The notes under the pieces were generated by a model. It saw only the letters and a program-made list of their open reading frames with translations, was not told the DNA's origin and did not search any database. From NCBI GenBank assembly GCA_043228905.1, contig JBHGNT010000006.1, positions 10,292,001 through 10,356,000 on the forward strand: DNA of 64,000 nucleotides, read 5' to 3'. The stretch's first letter is position 1, and the number at the start of each line of letters is the position of its first letter. The translations under genes and the position numbers were made by a program. This DNA is from Azolla caroliniana. Lineage: Eukaryota > Plantae > Polypodiophyta. Shown one piece after another: positions 1 through 10,323 of this stretch.

Positions 1-1612
1 TGTAGTGGTTGAAACAGATTGTTTGCCACTCATTGGAATGATAGCAAGTTGCACGACACCAGATATTGCAATGCTTCGGTGGATTGCATACATCAGAACC
101 ATGAACCCAGAATTGCGGCATATAAAGGGAAAAGACAACCTAGTTGCAGATATGCTGTCAAGGGCAAGGTTCATAAATGAAAAGGTGATGCAAACTGAAT
201 ATAAGAACTGGGCAACTACAAGCCATCAATTTGCTCATCAAGAATCTATTACGCCTCATGATGAGTTTAATGTAAGTATAATGTTCAAAGACACAGAGTA
301 TGAAGGTCAATGGTTCGAAATAGGAAATTTTCTAAAGACTCAAGAAGCCAACCCATCATGGTCGAAGAAACAATTAAATGAATTTCGAAGACGAGCATTC
401 AAGTTTTTTTTACATGAAGGGCATTTATGGAGGCGTCCAAAAAGGCCAACCGAAAATCCTCTTCGAGTCATTTGTAAGGATGACATTAAGAGAAAATTAA
501 TTAATGAATTCCATGATAGTTTGTGGGCAGGACATAGAGGCATATGGGCGACATTTATGAAGTTGAAAGAAAAGTATTGGTGGCCACATATGTATAAAGA
601 TGTAACGAAATTTGTGGAAACCTGTGAGGTTTGCCAGAGGTATTCAACTATCCGGTATCGAGATGAGCTAAAACCAACATATTCATCATCAATGCATTAT
701 AAATGGATGGTCGATCTAGTGACAATGCCACTTGGGGAAGGTCAAATGCGATATTTAGTACTAGCAAGAGAAGACCTTACAAGCCAAGTAGAAGGAAGAC
801 CACTACGACAAAAAACAACTAGAGCTGTATGTAAATTTTTGTTAGAAGATGTAATATGTCGTTATGGGTGTGTTGGTAAAATAATTGCAGATAGAGGAGA
901 ACTCGACTCTGATGAAGCTAGAGAATTCTTCAGCCGAATAGGGGTCAAATTATCACTTACAACTGCATATAATCCAGAAGCCAATGGAAAGATTGAAAGA
1001 GGACATAGCCCAATAGTTAAGGCGATCGTGAAAAGCTGTAAAGGTAAAATAAGAGATTGGCCACGCATGCTACCTTATGCACTATGGGCGGATCGAACAA
1101 CTCATAGTTCAGTAACAGGGTACATGCTAGCTGAATTGATACTTGGCCAAAAGCCCATCATGCCGATAGAAGAATCAATTATGTCATGGATATCTATTCC
1201 ATGGAGAGAAGAGGTGAGCAGAGAAGAATTGCTTGCTTTGCGAATTCAACAATTAGAGCGTCGACCTGAAGATATAGAAATAGCAGCCCAACGATTGAAG
1301 GAGGCTCGACTAAAGAATAAAATCCGTTTTGATAAAAGTCATAGAATTCGACCTAAGAAAATAGAAGAAGGAGATTGGGTGCTCGTGTATGATAGCAGTT
1401 TAGATAATCAACATAGCACCGTCCGCAAGTTCGCTGAAAGATGGTTTGGGCCTTATATAGTAAGAAAAGTATATGATAACTTTACTTATAAGCTTAGTGA
1501 ATTGGATGGGACACTAATCCTAAACGTGGTAGCTGGAAAGAGGATAAAAGTATTTAAGAAAAGGTTTGAGCTTGAACCTCCTCCAATAGATCAACATGAA
1601 GATGAAAGATAG
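1..1612 (+). mobile_element. Ty3/Gypsy pol 3' part (end of RNase H, HHCC zinc finger, integrase core), non-chromovirus type
   Basis: 535-aa ORF with HIKGKDNLVADMLSR, HHCC (H..GH..C..C), integrase core D-L-V-T-M / ADRGE / YNPEANGKIE and a WFGPY motif; followed by PPT AGAGGGGGTGGA (1641-1652). Confidence 0.95.
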
Positions 1613-1652
1613 TGGCACATGCCGGAGGATGTGCAGGTCTAGAGGGGGTGGA

Positions 1653-2703
1653 TGTCGTGAAGTACAAAAGCTTCACATTAAAAGTCTACAATAAGATAAA
1701 TACATAACTAAAATAACATTTGATAATGTTTTATATAATATTAACAACACATATGATAATATTATATATATGTAAAAAAAAAAAATATATAGATAAATAT
1801 ATTATATTACACGAACAAGAGAGGACTTGAACCAATAACCCCACCCTATGACTCTCAAACCTTACCATTTACTATATACTAGTAATATACATAAAATAAA
1901 GCATACTTTATATATACTTTATATTACATAAAGGATTTGCTTCATGATATAAAAATAAAGTTGTATGTTGTATTCAATAGCATTTTGAGACTCGAACCCA
2001 CAACCTCATACACTAAAGTTGACACACCTACCATTAGGATAGGCCCTTTCTCTTTAAAATTATGTTTTCATGTTTATTGTTATTGCATATATTGTTTCAT
2101 ACATAAAAGCTCAAATGAGCGAGATGTTTATCATGCATCACATGCATTTCATGCACTACATGCATGATTTGTACCCTCCAATGCATCATATGCATGGGGG
2201 CACCTATTTAAATGGTGAAAGAGAAGATCAAAGGGGAGATATGTATGAGATATCAATCAAATATATATTACATAAGAGATACCATAAAATAGAGAAAGAA
2301 AGGAAGAAGTTCAAGATAAGGGTGGAGCTCTAGCCTGGCGGTCGTGGTGTTCAACTCTTAACAAGAGGGAGGCGGTTCGAGCCTTATCTTCATCAAAATA
2401 TTGAAGTGAAGATTGTAGTGGTCTACGATCAAGAAAGAGAAGAGCGATTACCTTGCAAGACAAAGTTTGGAGGTTCAACGACGTGTATAACCACTTTTGT
2501 AACTCTTTCATCAAATAATTATAAATCTCTTTTATTGCTTCAAATATCCTTCTATATCCTATCTTGTCATATCTTGTTGATCACTATTGATCTATCTCTA
2601 CTCTTTCGTCTCTTCCGTCCATAATCCCAGTGATTCCTTCCTCACTTTCACGATATCTTTTGTCTACGCAACGCTACGCTTCTAGGCGAGCCACGTCACG
2701 ACA
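1653..2703 (+). mobile_element. 3' LTR of the Gypsy element (about 1.05 kb)
   Basis: Begins right after the PPT with TGTCGTGA and ends TCACGACA (perfect 8-bp terminal inverted repeat); TATA-like CCTATTTAAA near 2203; right flank GCGG. Confidence 0.85.
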
Positions 2704-3849
2704 GCGGAGGAAAAATCGAAGATGGGATTGGAGCGGATCCAGTTCATTGTCCAGGCATGGAGGAACAAGAACAAACGCTTGATTGACGAAAGCTCCGCGC
2801 AATGGTGGGACAAATGGGCAAAGCACACAGCCGAGCTCTAGTTGCTACGGGCGGACGCGGAAAACCGGCAGAGGGATGGCGACGACTGCTACATGCTAAT
2901 GAAGGAGGACTTCACCGCCGTAAGAGATGAGTTAGCCGAAGATTTTGTAACTCTGGCGAATGAACAATCAACAGTGGTCCGGCAACTTGTAGCACAGCTA
3001 GATGATGATCGACTGGATGCTCAAATCCAGTTTGAGAGCTATGAGCAGACCAGGCTACGGAGAGGAGAAGCAAATGAGCGGCGACCGTCAACCTCAGCAA
3101 TGAGGAGCCATCACCAGAGCAAGGACCGGACGAAGACAAGGTCGGGGCGAGTCAACCGGAGTCAAATCCGGCGGAGCAGCTAACGGAGGAATCACTGCCA
3201 CAACCGCCGGTACCGGGAGCTGAACAGACACCCTCTCAAGATCAACAGTCGGAAGAGCCGCAACAACAACAACAACAACAACAGAGTTCCGAACAACCAT
3301 TGGATACCCTGGAGCAGAGTATTCTGGATATCTTGGATGAAGGCTAAGGGCCGGATAGTGGGATTCGACGTACAAGGTACTGTCCCACGGGCGTGCCATG
3401 TGTTACCCGGCCGACAAAGGAGCAGAGACTAGAATGTGAAAGGGATGGTTATTCGGAATATATTTTAATTAAGTAAAGTAGATTATAATTATGTAGTGAA
3501 CGGACGGACCGGAATCGGTATGCCGATTCGGATTTGGACCGGTTCCGAACAAGTGCCGGTTGGCACCGTTTTGTACGCAGCACCGGTGACCTATATAAAG
3601 GCCTGGTTACAATGTAGAACTTTGACGGAGAATTAATATAAGCTTCTTGTTTTATCTTCACATATTGATTACTGTTCTGCATTAATTGTTATATCTTACG
3701 CGTGTATTAAGTGAATGCCTTATTGCTAAGTAGCCCATTAAGTCAGATTAATCGTTGTGTCTTAAGTTATCTCGCTGTAACACCCCTTTGGTGAAGTGTC
3801 TTCCGGAGACACCCTATGTTAGGCCATTGTCCGGCCCTAAGGATTAACA
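2704..3849 (-). mobile_element. Truncated Tat/Athila-like LTR retrotransposon: 5' LTR (3849-3401), tRNA-Arg-type PBS (3398-3382) and start of internal region
   Basis: Minus strand reads TGTTAATCC...GGGTAACA then TGGCACGCCCGTGGGAC, complementary to the 3' end of plant tRNA-Arg(TCT) (...GTCCCACCGGGCGTGCCA, recalled from memory); interrupted on the left by the Gypsy LTR. Confidence 0.75.
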
Positions 3850-3850
3850 C

Positions 3851-4754
3851 ATTATTTGTATCATTGCATTGAAGTCATGTTGTCATGCTACCGAACATAT
3901 GCATTGGTAAGTTATAGTATTAAGATTGTTTAAATATGTTGCAAAAACATTACAATGTAACAATGGTAACATTGCATGTGTGAATTTGACAAGATCAAAA
4001 CGAATATTACACGTAGGTCAGGCGAACAAATGGTTAGTGCAATTGAGCTTTTTTGTGTTGGTTACTACGACTCAATCACAAAGAAGAAGGTGTGGGCACA
4101 TGTGAATGAAAGGAGCGTTGTCAATTATATCATGTGCCCTGCCGTGACAAAAAAGTTACACCATATATCCGGCGACAAGAGTTTGGTTAACCCTTACCAA
4201 AAAACGCAAAGATTGATCAACCGCCTGATTGAGCTCTTCTCCAACCCAAATGATTGGGTGCTAGATTTGTTCTCTAGCATAACTATAGTGTATAAGTTTA
4301 ATGGCATATGTTTGGATTATAGTATATGGAAGTTATTGTGGTTTGTGTTAAAGGCTAGGGAACGTAATTTGACCTGCTTTATGATTTTAGGTACTACGAC
4401 AACATGTGCGCTAAAGATGTTCAGGAACTCCTTTGCACTAGAGAAGAACTCTGAACAAGTCAAAATCATCAAAATGCGGATCCAAGGTATCTGGAATTGT
4501 CCTGATCAAGACCAAAAAGTTGGAGCTAAGCATATAAATGAAATTGAAAGATTCCAATTGGCATCCCGAGAACCAATGGAGCCAATTGATGAAGAAGTAG
4601 GGGATCTTGCCCGGATCTTGTTGACTTGGAAGACGTATCAGAGTCTGAAAAAATCTTAAATTAGACTACGTGTACCGAAGACGCCAATGAGGATGATCTA
4701 CAACAACCAACTAGTGTAGAAGAGCCCGTCGTTCCAGACTTATTGACAGATTGA
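3851..4754 (+). pseudogene. Intron-containing beta-class DNA amino-methyltransferase (N4-cytosine/N6-adenine, N6_N4_Mtase-like), C-terminal part, decayed
   Basis: Spliced reading (exons about 3851-3906, 3993-4282, 4391-4754): ATEHMHW|IKTN...MVSAIELFCVGYY...VNPYQKTQRLINRLIELFSNPNDWVLDLFSSI|GTTTTCALKMFRNSFALEKNSEQVKIIKMRI. This matches the HPTQKP..L..RLI...S.PGD.VLDPF.GSGTT..A....R..IG.E pattern. Splice sites are damaged; the acidic tail has a frameshift and a stop. Confidence 0.8.
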
Positions 4755-5287
4755 TTGCATATGGCTTAATGTAATTGAAATTGATGAATTTGGAACTCAT
4801 TGACTTAATTAGTGCAAGCTATGATTTTTGTACTTAACTCTTTCTTTCGAATATATAGTCGAGTTTGATGTTAATTTAAGTTGTGATGTATATTTCTTAA
4901 GTACATATGTTGTTGCTTAGCTTTATATGGATACATGTATGAGTCAATCGTTCGATAAATGCATAAATTGTTGGTACATATGTTACAATGTTTGTGTTTA
5001 ACAATCAATAGGAAGGATAGGAAGGCAAAATGTACAATTCTTTATTGTATCAATTCTTGACCTTTACCTCCCTTGGAGTCTAGTATATATATTGTTTGAA
5101 TCATTGAGAAATGTATATAGTTACATATTAATTGTTGAACTTTGTCACTCCTCGAATCTTCGATAGTTGCATGACTTGATCATAGTTGTTGAATTTTGAC
5201 ACTCTAAGAATCTTCGATAGTAGTGTGACTTGAGACCAAAAGCATAGTCAGAGGAACTTTACGATCTTAGACTCTCTTGGAATCTTA

Positions 5288-5902
5288 GGTAGCATGACTT
5301 AATCTTAGATAGTATGAACTTTAGACATAAAGTATAAGTTGTGCAACTTCGAGTTTAACAGAATAACAAGTTTATGTAATATAGTCTCCATTCAATTTTC
5401 TTGGAATCATTTGTTTGTAATGATTGAACAACAATTAGAATGCAAGAGTTTCTAACGACATTTTAGGTGTCATGTGTTTCACCCTGAACCGAGGTAGCAT
5501 GACTTAATCTTAGATAGTATGAACTTTAGACATAAAGTATAAGTTGTGCAACTTCGAGTTTAACAAAATAACAAGTTTATGTAATATAGTCTCCATTCAA
5601 TTTTCTTGGAATAATTTGTTTGTAATGATTGGATAGTGACTAGAATGCGCGAGTTTCTAACGACATTTTAGGTGTCATGTGTTTCTTCCTGAACCGAGCT
5701 AGCATGACTTAATCTTAGATAGTATGAACTTTAGACATAAAGTATAAGTTGTGCAACTTCAAGTTTAACAAAATAACAAGTTTATGTAATATAGTCTCCA
5801 TTCAATTTTTTTGGAATCATTTGTTTGTAATGATTGGATAGTGACTAGAATGTGAGAGTTTCTAACAACATTTTAGGTGTCATGTGTTTCACCTTGAACC
5901 GA
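5288..5902. repeat. Tandem repeat, 3 x 205 bp, preceded by shorter degenerate units of about 57 bp (5130-5290)
   Basis: AGCATGACTTAATCTTAGATAGTATG recurs at 5291, 5496 and 5701. Confidence 0.95.
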
Positions 5903-6213
5903 AAGAACCCTTGTTTTAGATGTCTTTCATATTCAGAACCTCTAGAAATGCACTCACAGATGTAGAATTAGGCTAAATCCAATTAATGTTGCATGGATTT
6001 TTACTTATTACCGAAGAGTTGGGTAGAAAAACGTGACTGACAGAATATAAGACTATTGGTTTTATTGTCATGAAATGTTACACTTAAGAAATCCAACATA
6101 TTTTAAGAATAGATGTACGCATTTGCATACCTTTCTGTAAATGTCAAACAAAATTAGGCAATTCTTAATGACTCAACTGGGTATGAAAATGAGAATACGA
6201 CATATTACTTGTT

Positions 6214-7090
6214 TCAAATGTACCGGTGTTCATCTTTGCTTAGAGAAAAAATTAGCAAATGGTTCTCCACTTCATTTGCATACATCTTAGCTTTTTCGTA
6301 GCAAGGTCGGATGATACATCTCTTTTCATCTTTCACTCCATGGCATCTATTGGTGAAATGTGGAATTGCAAGACCTAAGTACAATGGCTTGTGGTCTGAG
6401 TCTGGAGATAGAGAACCAACTCTAAAAACATTCACCAATGATAGATCACATGCCAACATTAATGCGTAATCAACTACACTTCCTCCACCCGAGGATGGTA
6501 AACATGTCAACACATTTGTCAACAGGAACACCTTTATACCATTTAGGATAATCAAGTTTGTGCAATTTAGCATATGTATCAAAAGTTTTCCATAATTTGG
6601 CATGGCACAATCCTCTACATCATGCAATAGACAATGTTCTACTACATTTTCTTCAAATGTCTCCAAATTTTGGAAATTTCCAACTCTTGCATTGAAGTCT
6701 CCCATAATTAAAACTTTACCAAGCTTCTCAAATGAAAGGATATCATGGAATAATTCTGTAAAAGGATCGTCACAATCTAACCCAAACCTACTATAGTAGT
6801 TTGAGTCTTTGTGACGAATCTAACATGCAACTATATACAACTTCTCTTTCCCCAAATTAACCTCTATCCATATGTATCTCTTATAGCTATTATGTACTAT
6901 AATAGTGAGTCCCGAGGAGCATGCTGTCCAACCAACCATGTGTCATTCGAACTTTTGAGGATAAAGAGGAGTGTAGAATGTGCAACGTGTTTGGAAGAGT
7001 TGAAGCAAGGCCCACGAGGATAGAGCATCGAAGTTGCAAATCGAACACACAAGAGTGTATAATTGTCCTACTTGATGGCCAACTCAACCA
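6214..7090 (-). mobile_element. LINE apurinic-endonuclease fragment
   Basis: GDFNARVG, SVVDYAL and SDHKPL endonuclease motifs in ORF 6214-6705. Confidence 0.85.
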
Positions 7091-7109
7091 CAACACCTAA
7101 TTGACAAGG

Positions 7110-8250
7110 AAGGAAGGTGTAGGTATGGCATGATGGTGAGTTGGCTTCTTGCGAATGGTCTAGACATTAATAACCTACCTCCCCTTAGGTACAACCACAC
7201 GATTGATAACACTTTAATCTCTCATGAGGACCGCAATAAAGTAATACACCAAGAAATATGACAAATTTACACTCGGTATAAATGGATCACCCCACTAGAG
7301 CCACTCCCATCTAAAATGTTGTACTATAAGGAACACTTCATGCACTTCTCTAAGTCAAGTTTTATCACGCGAACAAAATATCTAGATGTATTCTTACCAC
7401 ATGCACTAAGGGTTGCCATTGGACAACTTAGAATATCATCTCACCAACTTGAGATTGAGAATGGTTGTACTAATGGAGTCCCTAGGGAGGAAAGGATATG
7501 CAGGTTATGCCACATAGAGATAGAGGATGAGTATCACTTTATATGCAAGTGTCCAACCTACGCCGAGATAAGGGCAAAATACCAAGACATACTTGGTTCC
7601 TCTCCCACCCTCCCCAAACTATTAGATACTCAAGATATAAAGAAATTAGGCAAATACATTCTAGAGCTAAAACAACACAAAGAAAATACGTTACAAAATG
7701 TTGACAATAATGTTGCTAATGTTCACCAACATGTAGTTACAAATGAAGTTTTTCAGGAACATGGGGAGACAACGAATGTCGACACACCTGCACCACGCGA
7801 CATTTCCCTTGATGAGGCAGAAAACCAAAGAAGAACCAGACGTCCTCGGGTGCCGGGTTTCAAAGCAACTCGACGTGGTGTAGAAGCAATAATGAAAATA
7901 AGGGAACGTGAGCTACATCGCCTAGAAGCCATGGCTAGGGCACTCTCTACATTGGGACCACATGTCACACCCATACCAAGACCCTTTGACCTCCCTCTTC
8001 TTTTCGTGAGGCTTGGGTGGAAATAAAATTAGGCTTAGTGTAAAGTCACTTCCTTTATCGAGTATACCATGTTTTGTACACTACTAGAACTCTTTTAGCT
8101 TAAGTTCTATTTTTACTTTATTTTATTTTAGTTATGATGACTGGATAACTACTCATTTTGTTGTAAACCAATTGTCTCATGGGCCAATTTTGGCCTTAGA
8201 AGACGTTAATATATCTCTTTCTTTCTCCCTCTCTCTCTCTCTCTCACACA
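7110..8250 (+). mobile_element. LINE (RTE-X-like) 3' end with C-terminal Cys/His region, 3' UTR and microsatellite tail
   Basis: [13 protein letters not shown]...REERICRLCH.EIEDEYHFICKCPTY; tail GGCCAATTTTGGCC...TTAATATATCTCTTTC(TC)n. Confidence 0.85.
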
Positions 8251-9299
8251 CACAAGGGTGTGCACATGAGTTGTTTGTTGAACATTTTATACAATCCTCA
8301 TGAAAGATAGGACCATTCTAAGCATGGATTTGTTGTTTCATAAAGAAAGAACTCACATTACATATTCGCCTCAACAACACCGATGCATCTTACAAGTGAC
8401 CAACAAGTGAACTTTAGCATAGAGCATGAGCTCAAAATGTTGTCTAATTGCTCTAGCAAAGAACTATTGCCTACGATACACACACATGCTTTAGCAAAGA
8501 GCACGTGTGTGCATCACATTAGCCACTTGGTGTAGCAAAGAGAATGCATTCACACCATATCACCCACCTAGTCTAACATAGATAAAGTGCTCACTAATCA
8601 CTGAGCATATACTACAGCAAAGTGTGTGCGCCCATGCCCACATCATGTTGCGCACTTGTGCTCTCGCATTAAGCATGTGTTCCCCACACAAAACCATACA
8701 TGTTCTAGCAAAGGCCAAAGATGCTCCCCCTCCCCCCCCTTGGCCCAAAAAATAAAAAATAAAAAATAAAAAAATCAATCTCAAAGGACCTCGATCCTTG
8801 TATGAATATCGAGTTCTAGCTACAAGAGGTTGACCACAAGTCCACATGCCACCACTTGATGATGCCAACACAGTTCATTCATCGTTGTGTGATGACAACA
8901 ACAAGCACAAGCACAAAGAGAACGATATCTTCAACATGTCATCATTAGGTACTCCATCTTCTCCAACGTTCAACCATGCCTTGCCACAATCTTTAAACCA
9001 CCACGTGTGGGCCTCGACGAAGGAATACATGGAGAGGATCATGGCATTCGTCATCAAACAAAACATCAACCTACATGATATTGACCTCCACGTGATTATC
9101 CACATTCTCCAACTACTATGGATCCTCCTAAGTGACTACACTCAAGGCACCCCACTATCACAAGTGCAACTATCTTTATTGGGGTTTAGACTCCAATCTA
9201 ATGTCAAGCACTCATCTCTTAAACCATTTCATAATGTCAAGCACCCAACTAGATGAGAGGATTTTTCTCTTTATTCATTTTTTGTACTTTACATCCTAT

Positions 9300-9790
9300 G
9301 TTCCAAGCTTGTATCGACAATCTATAATCTTGCATATTCTTGACTTTTGTGATATACTTGTATACTCTTCGCATGGCTAATACCTCTATGGACCGAGCAT
9401 TTGTTCCTAAAAGCATGACAATATGAGAATGTTGAGGATTTTACCCCCAATTGTCTACATTGGAACATTTTTTTGATTTTCTCTATTTCAGTCCATGCAC
9501 TAAGTGAGACAGTCAACCTACACTTCCACTACATAAAGTAACAGTTGGACCACGATAGCATTGAATAACATAAGTCTCACTTCCCATCCTTGAGTATCAA
9601 TTTCGCTGCTTTGATTCTCAAACATATAAGAACTACTCCAACCCAGTTGAAGTCAAGACTCATAACATACATTCCACCAACTTGTCGGGAATTAATACCA
9701 ACATATACGAAGCTTTGTAACACTTGTATGTGTTGGTCCCCCGTTATATGTAAAAGTGGGGCAATGTCTTTGGTTTCATTTTTGGTTTGT
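9300..9790 (-). mobile_element. LINE reverse-transcriptase C-terminal fragment, degraded
   Basis: Minus strand translates as WEVRLMLFNAIVVQLLLYVVEV...SLSAWTEIEKIKKMF...LGVKSST. Confidence 0.7.
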
Positions 9791-9818
9791 TAGAGAGAGA
9801 GAGAGAGAGAGCCCAAAT

Positions 9819-9887
9819 GGATGTAGCTCAGTTGGTAAGGTTGCCCAATGGAGACCAGGTGGTCATGGGTTCAACCCCTACATTCTA
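9819..9887 (+). mobile_element. tRNA-derived SINE head / tRNA pseudogene
   Basis: A-box TAGCTCAGTTGG (9824) and B-box GGTTCAACCCC; no clean cloverleaf; preceded by (AG)n. Confidence 0.6.
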
Positions 9888-10011
9888 CAGTGGCATCTAG
9901 TGAATTAAGAGATATATATGAAGTATATAATAGAGAGGTGAGGAAATTGGGTTTCAAACCCAAGACACAGTGCTTATAGTGTTATCGACTTACCACTAGG
10001 GTAAGCTAATT

Positions 10012-10123
10012 ACGAGATAAAGATATATTCAGGTCTCCTAAGACCAAATTTGGCCCATGATACAATTGGTTACAACTTAAAACAAAATGGGATGTGTACT
10101 CAATCATCGAAAATAAACAAAAT
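10012..10123 (-). mobile_element. Short LINE 3'-tail copy
   Basis: Reverse complement matches 8120-8220 (TTGTAACCAATTGTATCATGGGCCAAATTTGGTCTTAG...ATATATCT). Confidence 0.8.
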
Positions 10124-10199
10124 GAGAGAGAGAGGGAGATGCAAGCTCAATGTGGGATTTGTTTCTTCATGTGATTATTCAACTTTTATGATGGCACCT

Positions 10200-10226
10200 A
10201 AACCCTAAAACCCTAGAAACCCTAAA
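10200..10226 (+). promoter_or_regulatory. Telo-box cluster upstream of tafazzin
   Basis: AAACCCTAA, AAACCCTAG and AAACCCTAA in tandem about 100 bp before the ATG. Confidence 0.6.
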
Positions 10227-10270
10227 ACTGTTTCTGCTACGACAGAGCGTCGTCGTCGTCGTCGGCACAG

Positions 10271-10302
<32 letters not shown>

Positions 10303-10323
10303 ATGTGCGAGTGAAGGGGGAAG

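Noticed and set aside
2641-2655. TTCACGATA as the LTR end
   Set aside because: A perfect TCACGACA at 2696-2703 fits the terminal repeat better
3976-4659. 227-aa ORF taken as a complete protein
   Set aside because: It starts inside an inferred intron and reads through a 108-nt intron; it is better explained as part of a spliced pseudogene
5288-5902. CRISPR-like array
   Set aside because: Whole units are repeated with no unique spacers, and the context is eukaryotic
8846-9256. 136-aa ORF
   Set aside because: No recognisable motif; it lies among LINE debris
9819-9887. Functional tRNA gene
   Set aside because: Acceptor and anticodon stems do not pair convincingly; treated as SINE/pseudo-tRNA. 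The same applies to the LTR cassettes
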